Below are positions 14,864-29,800 of a stretch of 64,000 nucleotides of DNA, piece after piece. This DNA is from Chrysomallon squamiferum (taxonomy: Eukaryota > Animalia > Mollusca): NCBI GenBank assembly GCA_012295275.1, contig CM022665.1, forward strand, positions 33,108,001 through 33,172,000, in the 5' to 3' direction. The notes under the pieces are model-generated. The model worked only from the letters and a program-made list of their open reading frames with translations. It was not told where the DNA came from and did not search any database. How positions within the stretch are numbered: position 1 is the first letter of the stretch; every line of letters begins with the position of its first letter. The position numbers were made by a program, and so were the translations under genes.

Positions 14864-17800
14864 TTTTGTTAATGTTGACAAAATAATGTTCAAAATTACA
14901 TTTCCAGCTGGGTCCAATAGGTTTATATAGTCAATGTATAAATGCAAATTATCAAAGTTTGTGAGCATATTTTTGTCATTTGGGTTATTTTCATTCACAT
15001 CTTCAGTAAAATGAATAGACATTGTCTAACACATTTTCTTCCTCTTCCTAACAACTTAAGTACCACTTCAACATACAAAAATACACAAATGTCCAACAGT
15101 CTCAGTTTTCACTATGGCAATTCAGAAAACCAATTTTTATAAATTAACATTTTTAAATGATTATAAATAGGCAATCCATACAGTTAAAAAAGAGATGTGT
15201 CCTGATTGTTGCTCTTTAACCAATTTCTTTTTATAAATGATAACAAACTTCTGAAATTTTCAAATGTATTGTATTGCCATTTTTCAATAAACTGAGTTTT
15301 AAAGACAGGTCTTTGAAATCTTGTTAATTTACAAAATAAATTTGAGTCATATTTCATAAAATAAATAAACTGAAGCAATTGTATTTACCTGCAGCAAACC
15401 GGTCTTTCCAGGTATCACTTCCGAAGTCATCCTCCACTAGTTTCCACAAGATGTCAGCTCCAGAGGGTAGTGTTATGACATGCAAAAGCAAAGGAACGCT
15501 TATAGTTGCAAGCTGTGAATGTTCTGCCTGTAACAGTTTCCACAGGCTGCAAAACAAAATTCAAATACATTTAGTATTGTGATATCATTATTTGTTAATA
15601 AGATAAATTATTACTTTATTACAGATAACACACAGCATTTTGATTGCATTATTTGGTAACAAGATAACAATTTATTATAAATAACATACAGACAAGATAT
15701 CAATTATTACTTTATTTAAATATTCTACAACATTCTTATAGCATTATTTGATAACCTGATAACTCTAGGTTGCAAACAACATACAGTATTACTTGACAAT
15801 ATAGTTAATAATAATATCTTTATTACAAGCAGTCTAACAAGTATCTAGATATGTTATAATGATCCAGATTAAGCAAGTTTTATTATGTTTATATACAGCT
15901 GAAACACAGAAATGTATATATATTCAAATTACTTAAAGATAAATGATAAAATGACATACTTCGGTACAAAGTACTTCTTAAACATAAATGTGATGAAGAC
16001 ACTGTACTGATTGATGGTATAGTTAAGACATTCTCCATGCAGAATGAGATATTTCATTGATGTCAGCAGAGAAAACAGAGCATCCACATCAGTAACACTG
16101 CATAAATTCTGACAATTACAAAATAAAATTTATTCAGTCAGATAATTAATACTTGTTTTCAAATTCAGCAGACACATATAAAATTGAAATTGAGAAAAAA
16201 TCAAACAAAGAAACCCCAAAATTAAACAAAATTACAAATTACAAATGTTTAAAATAATTATAATGTTAGGAATCAGTTTATAAAATGATGCCTATATGTT
16301 TACCATGTTTTTAAATGAATTCTAAATCACTGATCAACCAGTTCCCACTGACTTGATCTAATTTCATATCTAAAATTTTCTGACTTGATCTAAAAGAAAG
16401 GATTAAGTTTTTTGCCCACTTGATCTTATTTTTAATGGTCACCAGACTGTGTGGGTGAATCCATATAGTGTTAGAAGGTGCATTAACACTTACAGATGGA
16501 GGTGATCAATTTCTGCAAGCTACCCATGGAAAGTGGACAAATTCATTATTTTTACTACCACCAAGAACATGGAATATCTATGTAAAAGTGGAGTCATTTA
16601 TGCTGACAACAACTTCTATTTATTTCCATGATTATGTCTTCAGATCTACATTTTTCAGGCAGAGGTCCAAGGCATCATGTACCCTCTTGTCTACATGCTC
16701 CTTCCAAACAATATTGAAGCTAAATGTTGCAGACTGAAGCAGACAGAAACAACTTCAACCTGGAACCACAGATTGTCCAGATCGATTTTGAGAAAACTGT
16801 CATCAATATTGCAAGGGAAGTGTCTGAGTGGGTCCAGATATGGGGATGCTTTTCCCAATATGCCCAAGCACTATGGAGGAAGATTCAGCATGCTGGTTTC
16901 ATAAACCCCTACAAGGTTTCAAATGGAAAGTCCCAATTACCCACATGGTCTAACAGCCTATTACATAATTCCCAGTTCATCTAACAAAATTTTAATCCCT
17001 ACTGAAATGTTTTTGATCAAGTGGGAAAACACTGATCAAGCATGTTATTTGTCTGTGATTTGTATTACTAATTTTTGTTTTATATGTACCATGTACAATA
17101 ATTTTCATGATAACCTTTGTTTACATATACCTTTAACAGCATGTCAAATAGTTGTAGGTATACTGGCATTGTCATAACATCAAATTCAGGAGTCCGTACT
17201 TCCTTGCCAACTTGAGGAGAAGTTGGTTCATCTGTACCAAAATATAATTAATAAATACTTTTTAAAAACTTACTGAAGAGTGATTCAGAGTTAAGTAGTA
17301 GCAATCATTATCTAAATTGCAAATAAATTCTGCTGAGTGAAACACACTGCTATTTTGGTAACCTCTAATACACACCTGGAGTTTCACGGATTGTCTGGTG
17401 TTTGATATCATCTACTTTTGGCAAGTCCTTTGTAGGTAATTTAAGAGGATCTCTGGGACTGATGCGTTCCATCAGCTGCGATGCCAACTGATGCCACAGA
17501 GCAATATTCTGACAGAATACACAGTGCACTCGAAGTTGATCTGTTGTACATGTGTGAACTCCATCCCACTCTTTTCTTAACATCCCTGTTAGTAACAACA
17601 TTACTTCTCTGCTTGTTTCATTGTAAATACCAAGATGTTTGGGAGACTCTTGCAGCTCCATCTGAAAAACAATCACTAACAAATATAGTTATCAAATGAC
17701 AAAATCTTATTTTAATTTGTTTATCTTAAAGCAGACTTCTTAAATTATTTTGTTTTTTGTTTGATGATGTATAAACCATTAGTAAACTCTTTATTTTACA

Positions 17801-20800
17801 CATACCTTAGTATTGAGACAAGCATAATCCATATATTCCAAGAGACAAGGTTTTTTTACACTCAAACGTATTTAAAAATACATTAAGATTTTCTATTTTT
17901 TTAAACTAGCGAAATATATTTAACAGTGATATCTATAATGTCAGTGACCACACTGTCAAACAATGAGTTAATTAAATCTTTTATTATGTCTGTATGATTT
18001 TTTCATTTAAAACAGTAGATCGTAATACAGAAATTCTTCAACTTAAGACTGTTGCTGGCCAGCTTAATATTTACCTCAACAAAGTAGAAATGCAATGTGC
18101 AATAATTTAAATAAAATTCATCTCAGGCTAACTGGAAAAGGATCAAGTGTGTGCATGCTGAAAAATGTCAGTTTGACTGCCAATGTTATGTCGTCTTGTA
18201 TGTGCATTATATGTGAATCAATTTAATGGTGGGTTTTTTTGTCAGTCAAACCAAGTCCATCAGCAGTATCTTGTGTCCACTTCCCAGCACCAGTGATCAA
18301 TAAATATTTTGTGGGTATTTATTTATTTTATTTTTTTTAGCTAGTATTAAACATATTGAATTAAAGTAATTAGTTTACTAAAAAAGAATAAACATAAATA
18401 TCTTAAAGTTGGATTAATGTGCACAAACAATAATATGGATTCTATAAACTAGATATCTGATTTACAAACAATTGGTAGGAACAGAACCTGGTTATAGTCA
18501 ATGACAGTCTGTAATTATAAGTAAATAAGTAAAACATTTTTGGACAGAAATAACATTTTTACTATTCTGACTGTTTAATAATTTGTGTATTCATAAGGTA
18601 GTGTAATGAACAAGAGAAAAATAAAACTAATTATACATAAAAAATAACAAGAAACATTATATAGCTAATAATTCAATTCAAATAAAAATTTAAAAAAATA
18701 CCAACTTGTTTCAAGCAAATATCCAAAGACATAATAAAACAAGGAAGAATTAGTTCTGTTTCCCGTTCATATATGTCAAAAAGGTTGTTTGCTTGTGGGT
18801 GTCTTTCAGGACTGAGAGGAGGTGGGTATTCCTCAGCAGGGGAAGATGGAGGAAGTACATGATAAGATTGACCTTCTTCGCCCACAGCATCCACACCCTC
18901 TGGATCAGAGTTGATCTGCTCAACACCATTTTTGAATATTTTCAGTAACAAATGCATTGGGATTATAATATCAAGCCCTGAAAGAATCTGAATTAAGAGA
19001 ATTTTGTGCAGAACTTCATCATAGTTTATCGCATTTAACATACATGAACAGAAAACCAACCAGATTTTGTTAAAATATGATAAATCAGAAATTTAATATT
19101 CTGAAAATAATATCTATAAAAAAAAAGTGTATGATTTTTTAAACTACCTTGAAATACAATTTATGATTTTTTGAAGAACATATGAAATGAAGAGAAACAG
19201 ACAATGCAGACTTTTGTTTTTGACAGGTGTGACTGCTGTCACACCCTCAAAGTTCCAATAAACTCAACCTGACGGGTTTATCAGCTATGAGTTCACTTAA
19301 TATTAAGATCTCAGGAAGTTTGTATTCCATAATTCCTTTAACTCTTAAGAGCTGTTAAATTTCCCAAAAATATATAATAAGATTCTAAAGCCATTTTATA
19401 TGTATTTAAAGATTTTTTGCATATCAGCTTTGCTTATCTGAAATAATGAATATTAATGCAAAAAAACTGTTCATATGTGATTTACTTGAAGTAATTTTAA
19501 AAACAGATTTTAATTTGGATTAAAAATCACCAAAGAAAAACATCTTGATCTGAAAGTATCAGGCAAGACTGCCAACCCAGACATGTCTGCTTCACTCCTT
19601 AAGATACATTGTGATAAAGCTCTGGTAAGACAGTTTTTTCAAACAAACAAAGAGGGCATGAACATTTAGTTTGGTAAACCAGATGACTGACTTAAACTGC
19701 CTGCTTTCTGCCCATGTATTTGAATTATTAACAAAAACACAGTGTATAGAGTACCAGTGTCTATTTCAACCTACTTGGACATGTTTTTCTCTTGAGTTCA
19801 TTATTACTGATACCTGAATATTCAATACTTTTTTTAAAATAGAAATTCAATGTACTAAAGTACAAATGTCTATTTCTATGTAGTGGACATGATTATGTTT
19901 TCCCATTGTTTTAATTCCTAAGAAACAGTCATTTATTTGAAACTGAACCAGTCTCCTAGCTATTTAAAATACCTGCAGCCACTGGAGAGCTTGTTCTTGT
20001 ACACATGCACTGCTATCTGCAAATCGGTCAGACACAAAATGATACATTTTGTCCAGAGTGAAAGGCAGAGGGCACATATCAATGTCAAATGATTTACTGA
20101 AAAAAATAAATATCTTATAAATTATTTATATATTATAACATAATTCTCTCAAATTTTTCTACATTTGCCAGTTAGCTATTTTTTCCAGGTAACATTTAAA
20201 ATGTAATTTCTAGTATATTTTTTCTCAAAATTTATGCTGTTTTCAACTGCACTAATATTACCTTTATTCCAAAAGAAACTTTCAAAATTATGTGTATGAT
20301 CCTTATAGTATATATTATTCAATATATAAAAAGATAATAATAATAATCAAACAAATAAAATGGATTAATTTAATCATAATTAGACAGTGGGATTCATGAA
20401 AATAATATAGGAATACAATATACCTCAGCAGTACTTTGAGCTCATGCAGATCTGCTTCTGGGATTTCTGTTCTAATAGCTTCCAGCCAATAAGGCATCAC
20501 ATAGTCCCAAATCTGGAATCAATACTTTTCATATTTTATTGTCTACTAAAACTTTCAAATAATTAAATTTATTTTGCTATAATATTTAGAAAGCTAGTAT
20601 TGGAGCAAAAAGGTATACAAAGAAATGTTTTTAAAATATAATATTTTTGTTTTTAGTGTCTGGGATAATCTTATGTGGATATTTTGTACTGTTCCTTACA
20701 ATAATCACCCTGCTTGTGAACAAACCCACCTTGATTTTTCACCTGTTTAAAGAATTGAATGCACATCCTTGAATAAGCCCATCACCCGAAAAAAACATAA

Positions 20801-23800
20801 TAAATAAATTAATTAAAATGATGTTAATAATATTTTAAAATTAGAATCTCACACACACAATAATAATAATAATAAGTAAATAAATAAATAAATAAATAAA
20901 TATTCATCCACCAAAAAAAAGAAAGGGAAAAGCTTATAGCAAGCACAAAACATGTTGAGTGAAAAAATGCTTTGGCAAAATAATAAAACATTGCTATAGT
21001 TGTTCTATACCCACCCAACCCACCATCAAGCAAAAGACTCGCTCCTGCAAGATTAACAGAAATCCAGTCACATACTTCTGATGTACTAACTAATAAAAGT
21101 TTGTTATACAATTGTTCTATTTTATGCTAATTTTAATATTGCCAAACAAATACATTTAAAACAAGGACAGTTGTTCTTGATCTGAAAGAATTAGATCAGA
21201 ATTCACTTTTGGTGAAAAAACCTTGATTGAAGCCCACAGTACTTTTTCAAAAATAAACAAAGAGTGCATGCACACGTATTTTGCCAGAACAGTTTGATCA
21301 ACAGAAACTGCCTGATTTCAATTGACTAAATAATACCCAGTAATGTTCATTAGTAGATATAACCAAAATAAAGTGAAAGAATAAATGTTTACAGACACCC
21401 TAGATCAAATAGCAGATTGTTTACTGGAGGTCAGATTGAGATATGAAAAATCTTTCACTGAGCTGTTAGGTTTCTGTTGTTGATGTATTTGAATTTATAA
21501 CAATAACAGAGTGCACTAGAGTACCAATATATATTATTTTAATTGTGTCTTTGTCCTTTACTTGGAACTTAACTGAGCCCTCTGCCCATGAGTAAGCCCA
21601 TCCCCTTTTAGGCTGATAGTGAATGGCTTTGGCCCCTGGACATATTCTAAGTCAATTAGAACAGTTACACCATCAGTTTGTTTCCAATTCTATCTTTTTT
21701 AAGGAGAAAGAAAATTACCTCAAATGTAATAATATCATAAGGAACAAGACAAAAAAAGCAGTTCAGCCCTTCTTTAATCTGGGTTGTTCTGGTTGCTAAT
21801 GTGTCCCTAAAAAAATAATAATAATAATATTAATTATAAATAAATAAATACATAATAAAAGAAAGAAATAATGAAAAATAATTAAGTGCAAATTCTAGCT
21901 ATTAATAATAAATATACATATCACCAATAAATGAAACAACGAAAGGAAAAATCCCAAATACTTCACTCTAATGTGTACAATACAGAAAAGTTCTTCCTAT
22001 AATTTAAGATATAGACAGGTTTCCGAGACTGAATTTTTGTAAATAAGAAATATCATAATGATATTTCCATGTCAAATCAAACAATGAGTTTAACCTCTCC
22101 ACTTCTCAGATTTTGCTGTAACTTTGTATTACACTTCCTTGTGGAAATCTGAAATGCCAAATATTTCTTGCACTTGATTAGTAGTTTATGAAATATTTCA
22201 CTATACAGTTTGGATTTTATAGTCACAAATGGGTGACAGGCCCTATCTTTAGATTCCTGTTTCTCAGCAACAAACTGATCATTTTGAATAGAATTGGTAT
22301 CACTGGAAATAAAACTGGACAAGGATATCTTATTTGTCACAGTGGGTGTGTTTTATATATATATATAAATGTATTTATTGTTAATGACCATGATCTTTAA
22401 TTAGAGCTTGTTGAAATAAAATTAATTTAAAATTGTAGCCATGGTTGATAGCTACAACATTAAAAAATCCAGACCTGTAAAATAAATAAATATATATATA
22501 ACCACAGCAGGCACATCAGAAGATGTATGTGTACTAGGTACAAATTAGTCTATGAAATGGTAATTAAATTATTATTTTTAAAAATGAAATTAAACAAATT
22601 AATGCCATGCTACAGTTAAATCTGAGGGTTTGGATTAACATTTGTAATCCGAATTTTATGTAGGATATTTTGAGTGCTCTTCAACCTTTGTGACATCATG
22701 GTGGCAGACAATGTTTTCTCTAATTTTTCCAAACCACTGAGCAGAATTTGTAATGTTTTGAGCAAAAATATTTTAAATTCAAAGCTAGATTTTGACATTA
22801 AAATATTTTGTGCTGAGTATTTTATTAAGATGTATAATAAACTACTAACATATATAAAGAACTTCTTTTAACCAGTACTGCAGTAGTACAATTTTTTAAA
22901 CAAAACTAATATAAATTAAATGATTAAATAGTTTACTGTTCTGGATAACACAGAATGAAAGAATTTAAAGTTGTTTAAGCTTACATAATGTGCTACTAAA
23001 AGGTCAAGATTCAAGGAGAGATAATCAACAGTATCTAATTTAAAGGCAAATTTACAGTAACAGCACATCATGAGAATTTTAACAAAAAACAAGTGCTAGA
23101 ACATAGACTAAGTAAGAAACTTGTGCTACTCAACCAGAATATTTAATACTAATGAAACTTATGACTTACAAATATTCTAATAAAATTTAGCTCAACAAAT
23201 TTTTTTTAGACATAATATATGTTCTTTCATCTGTCTTTATGGGTAATCCAGTAACTCTACACTGTCTACATTTACTTCACATCCAGAAGAAAGATAACTC
23301 TTAATTCTCATGAATTAATTTCAGTGAAACATCTCATGTCTGTTCCTTGATTTGCACTGAATCCATATGAAAACTTGAAATGTCCCATAGATATCAACAA
23401 AAGTTGAAATTTATTCACATTCACTATTTCTTAGCAAATAATGTGACATGTCAGTAAATGATTTAATTTCTCAGGATATTTTTGCTGCCATGTTTTCATT
23501 TATTTCTAATGTAGTAAAGTATTTTTGATCTATCTTTTTCACAAAGATATGTTTAAAATTAAAATGGTATAAAAAAAATGATGTAATTTACAAATCAAAT
23601 GAACTATTTTACTGACAATTAATTTGGACTATTTAAAAACAATAAAATATAGGCAAACATGAAGTTACGTAGATAGGCATCCGATTCATTTTATAACAAT
23701 GAATGATATTTGTAAACCAACCTCATTAAATCAAAGGTAGGAAATGAAAACCAGAATGAGGTAATTGTGGGTTCGTTACCTTTAAAGTTAATCAGCATTA

Positions 23801-26800
23801 AGTATTTGTTTTAATATTGTGGCAGAAAGTTTCTTCATCATCTTTTGACATTTCAATTACATTTCATTTCACCAAATAACTGCATGGGTATTTGATAAAA
23901 ACAGAACTCAGCTGTGCATATCTTATACAATTATTTGTTCTCAAAGCCATTGTAAAGCCAACTGTAATTGGCTGTTCAATTTCATGGAAGGCTTCTTTGT
24001 GTATTCATCTTTTTATTTATGACACTGATGCACTGTTATTTGGAATAGAATTCACTATGTAATTTTGAAAATATTCAAACCTGGAAGCAAAAATATTCAC
24101 AGTATGGTGGGTATGACTATTGGTTATATAATTACCAGAGTAAACACAAACTACAGAATAAAGGGAATTGCATGAAGTACTCAAAGACAGTGCTTGAATA
24201 TTTTGAAATGGTGTTCAAAAGACGATATAACATTGTTATGCATAATAGGAAAAACATATTTTGATCTGTTTATATATGAAAATAATAATTACCAAAATCC
24301 CCCTATTCGAGAGTATTCTACAGGGTGTGGCAGCAGACATGAAACAGCCACTTCAAAGTGAGTCTTCATTACTTCTTGCAGCCAATTATAAATATACTGA
24401 AAATAAAAATAATTTTTTGAACACATTTGCACTGATTTATCTTACTTTTGTTCAAAACAAAACTAATGACATTACATTTTGGCATTACCAGTTAGGTGAT
24501 ATAACAGATTTTCTGAAATTACAAAGTACAACATATACCTAACCTTAAAATGGCCTAAAAATACCTCAGTGCTTGCCCAGATGTCCCATAGAATAAGCTT
24601 GCAAGTATATATAAAAAATTTTTTAAGAAAAAAGAAAATTGCTAATAGATAAACTGTTTACATCACCAGTATTCTTTCTTATCATTTACTTTTTCTACAT
24701 GACAGATGTTTGTTTTGCAGTCACTAATAGCAGAGAATCAATACAACACACGTTTGCAATACAAAACATAAGGAAAGGGAAAAGGTTTGGATTATTCCTT
24801 TGCAATTTTATAAACATATTTAGTTATAAAGTTACCAAAGTTCATTAAATTTTTGATGATTTCACTGTATTATCACTATTCCGCAATACAGAATATGTTT
24901 GTTCCTATGTCACTCTGAAATGAAATAATGAAAGCAGAAGCAAAAATTATCAGAAATACCATTTACCTCAGGTTTTAATCTTTCAAGAGCATTCCCAACA
25001 TTATCTGAAACAATACATAAATATTATTAATATGAATCTAACAGTGAAAAACTAATTTAATAAATAAATAAATAAATAAATAAAATATATAAAAAATCTT
25101 AAAAAATAAATAAATAAAATGCTCTGTGAGAGAATGAAAACAATGGAATTAAATGATGTAAATAGCTATATTTAAATATATTTTACAAATAAAACTGAAT
25201 GGATATTCAAATGATGTTCCTTCATTCTTGGTTCTAAGCTTTTGTTTAAAATTCAGAATAAGAAATGATTACTGATTAATAATATGAAGGTGAACAGACA
25301 TGTATCAGAGTTTAAAAAAATAACCTTTGTGTTTGATTATACTAACCATCTGGAAGATAAGCAGTGGCATCAAACCATTGGAACAGCATACCTAGAAGTC
25401 GACCAAGAACTTCCTGGAAATTTCAAAAATAATAAAAATAAAATAAAATAACTTAAGGGCAACTAGGGTATTAAGCATCATTACCCAGAAAATATGCAAT
25501 ATTTATTTCTGTTTAAGCAGACATATTTGTCAAGTATTTGGTAAACATGATATTGAAATTTTCTTTTGATGCCAGTTATAATGAGACAGACAGAATTACA
25601 AAACATACAGCAGTTTTAACACTACTGACTTCTGGGATGACTGAGGTAAGCTAGATATAATATTGTGCTATCCAAATTAGAACTTGTTTTTCTATAAATG
25701 TTTTCCTGCTTTATTGAAAAAATACCAAACTTAACTTTTATGAGTTTTTAAATGTCATTTCAGTGCATATGATTTTAACTGGACTATCTGCACCCTGGAT
25801 TAGATGGAAGATGTGGAAAAGTTCTGTGATTGGAAAACACATTATCACCAAACTGTTCACAATAACACTCAGCAGCATACTTTGAAACCTTTCCTCAGGA
25901 AGCGGAGGCTTGAGAATAGCTGGAGAACACACCAGTCAGTATCATTTTGCTGATGACCTACTGCTGTGTTCTGCATGAACTATGAGAAAAGCTAAATGAT
26001 TTAGCTGATGAAAGTGAAAATGAGGACTGAAGATGAACAGTTCCAAGATAAAGGTGATACTAGAAATCCCTGGATATATATAAACAATATGCTGACAGAG
26101 AATGCTGAAAGCTACATGTATCTGGGAAAGAGATAGATACAGCACCAGAGACAAACATGGTGTGGAAACATCGGAACCAACAGGCAAAGAACAAACTAGA
26201 ATCCACAATATCAAAGACTGAAAAATAAGTGTGGGTAAGAGAAAACAAAGAAAATAAATATGACTGAATGGGTTATAAAATGGAAGTGGACCTATGCAGA
26301 GCACATCAAAGCCATTGTATAAAACCACTTGGAAACAATACAAATGGAAATGATCTAGAGATAATCAGCAAGGTGTTGGAGAGATGAACTGGATGAATAA
26401 TGGAAAGGAACCATTTGGCAGAGAACAGCATATGTATATTTCAAAACTCTAAAGTGGTGATTAATACATAAATTACCTCTAATCCTAAAGATAAAATTTT
26501 ACCCCAAGTATAACTGTTAACAATGCTAACAAACAGCTTAAGTACATTCTGCATGTGTACTTTAATTTTTCATTACCAGCAACAGAACATATTTGATACA
26601 ATCTGTTATTATACTCATATCTAAATAGTTATTGTTATACATCACTTAGACTACTACTGTAATGATATAAAACCTAAATGAAAGTATGCATTCGTTACAT
26701 GTATGAAATGCATGTTTTTATATAACCAATTAAAATGTACTGCTAGAGCTTGAAACTAAACTGCACTTCACCCTATAAGAGCAAATACTTGTTTTCTATA

Positions 26801-29800
26801 ATACTGATCTTTCCAGCCTACGGATGCAAGTTGCTGCCAGCCTTAAGTTATAACGCCCACACATTCGATTACATTCCAAGATGTGGTGGTCCTTCAACTA
26901 GTGTTGTAGTGAAGAAGTTGCCTTGTCATTCTTGCTTTGAGCCTAATGGTGAAAAGATCAGCAGAAGCACATGAATCCCACCCTTGACACAAGAAACTAA
27001 GAACTCATTTCAGGAGAAAACGAAAGTCATAGCAATCTTCTCTGATATTGTATGTCAAAGCCTTTGATATAATTAGGAATGAGGGACTGCTTATCAGGCT
27101 TCTGGAGTCAGGTGTCATGAGAAAAATACAGCGGAGCAATTATTTGTTCCAGCACCCTGTCAAAGTTCAGGTTGACACCATACAGGTGATAACCATATCA
27201 GAATAAAAGAGAGAGTGCCACTGGGAAGTGCATTCTCATCCACATTATTTCTCATTAACGATCATACAACAATCATACACAAACATTTTTCTGATTGCAT
27301 CAGCCAAAATGACATGCAGTATGAAAAACTCTACCCAAAAGTCTGGGTGCAAACACAGCTTCATGAAAACAAGCTGGATGTTCCAAAAAGAGGGAACAGC
27401 TGACCCTCATGGAATTAATTCAATATGATTTTAAAAAAACCAATACAACTATTTATTAACACGACTGACAAGAAAAATGTTTGTTGTTTTTTTTTGGATA
27501 TATTACAGTCTGATAATAACCTGTGACAGTCCATATTACTCCTGCACTGAATCAATTACAATAATAATTATTTTTCAGCTTCAGTCCAGAGCTGGCAGGA
27601 ATTGTTGATTTTAAAAAAAATTAAAAAAAATCTTTTTAAAGAATTTGACAAATTTGGCAATGCTTCAAAAAAAAAAGATTTGCTAAACATTAAAACAATT
27701 ATAGGTGCTAATGACTTCTCCAAATATTGGGTTGGCAACTAAATTCACGCTGTTTTGTTTAAATCTATTGTGTTTTTAAATTTTATTTAATCTATTTTAT
27801 TTTTTTTTGAGTTAATTTAAGTAATCTCCACTGGTTTGCTTGCTCGTCACAGCTCAACTCATGGACGTAAGCAACAATTTCTTTATGAAATCGTTACTGG
27901 CGACAAAAAATGGTGCCTGTACATCAATATGAAGCAGCGCAAGGAATGACTTAGCCCCAATAAAAAAGCGACACCATGCGTGAAACAAAATCTTCATCTG
28001 CGTAAAACGATGTTGTGTGTATGGTGGGACTGGGAGGGGATTATCCATTATGAATTGCTTGAAAGGAACCAAACTGTCAACGCGGAACTCTATGTTCAAG
28101 AGATGGAACGACTCAAAATGGCTATTCAAGAAAAAAGATCTAATCAGCAGCATGGTGTTCTTTTGATGCATGACAATGCCCGCCCTCATATTGCCAATAT
28201 GACCAAAGAAGCCATTCAAACGCATGGCTGGGAAGTGCTGCCACACCCGCCGTACTCGCCAGATTTGGCACCAACGGATTTCCACCTCTTTCAATCTCTT
28301 TCAAATGCTATGTGCGGAGTTTCGTTCAACACTGATGCAGAACTGAGAGCTTGGTTGGATGAATTTTTCGAGACAAAACCTTGTTATTTCTACCAAAGAG
28401 GTATTGAAAATCTTGTTGAACGTTGGGAAGAAGTTGTAAACAACAAGGGAAAATACATCATTGATTGAATAGTTGTTAGTTTTTATTAAACCTTTAAAAA
28501 AGTTAAATTAAAAAAATGGTGGGAACTTAGTTGCCAACCCAATAGTTCATAATGCAGACACATTTCATGAGCAAACTGGACCATTTAACCTTTGAGTACT
28601 GATATAATTTTGAAAGAGGAACACTTTGGAGAAATCTGTGAATATGTATTAATGGTATCATCAATAATCAAACATACAATAGGAATGTCTTCTTCATCAG
28701 GAAGACAGAGTTCAACAAGAAGCCAGATTCCATAACGACTAAGAAGTTTGCGTTCACCACCTTCTTCCACCTCAAAATACACTTCTTCCTCCAAAGGTCG
28801 TCGATGTTCTTCTCCCATTTCTACCATTCGTTTTGATTCAATTGGCTGAGCTTCTTTCAATAAACTAAAAATATAATTCATTTCAGTTTTTACATTGCAA
28901 ATTTACAGTATTTTTGAATATTACTTCAACAGTAAAAATATATTAAAATACACAGATGCTATTTATGTATCCAAAAATCATAATTGAATTAAATCATGCT
29001 GCACAAATAAACTATACCTGACAATCCCATCCATGAGGTATCTCTGTATTTCCTGATTACAACTCCAGATATCTGAAATACTCAGATGAAACACATGATC
29101 CTGTCCACTATGGTTGGCATGACGAAACTCATGACATGATCGGCAATAGCGGATTGGTCGGTTGCCATTGAAACTGGCACACTCAATTGAAAAACAAGTA
29201 CATCCGGCAATGTTATTCTCAGACCTGCAGTTCTATTATTACAAAAAAAAACAAATATCATACTTTGTTTGTCACTGAAGATATATTAATTATGAAAATA
29301 TAAACAACTGCAATAATCTTTTGTACACTGTAATTATTTCTAGTATTTTGAAAATTGCCATATTTTAATATTGTGAAATATAATTCAGATGAACGTAATT
29401 AAACTAAATATTTGTTGTTAAAATAAAAATTCAGTGAATAATATTTGTAACAGATTTCTTTTCACTAATCTTGCAGAAGATTATAATGGTCATTTATGGA
29501 ATTTCAATTTTAAATTACCTTGTTTTCACAAATAGTTGAAACATGCGTCATTGGAAGAAGTAGATCAACCATGTAGTCACTGTGCTGTCTTCTGAGAACT
29601 TCTGCACAATCTCCACATATATAGAGAGGTGGTGGTGTGTTACCTGACTGAATAGCTAGAGCTGGATTAATACACATCTGCAAATCCAAATACAAAAAAC
29701 AAACTATTCACAGCAGAAATACTTTCTGGTTATGACATCATCTGCAATAGTCCTTCCCTGAAAACTGTGGGTTAAAAACTTCTCCATTTTGCCATTATGC

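Noticed and set aside
22600-24130. Coding-looking intronic sequence with short ORFs
   Set aside because: Frequent stops and no recognisable motif; probably old TE debris
27854-28294. 146-aa minus-strand ORF
   Set aside because: Antisense shadow of the mariner transposase
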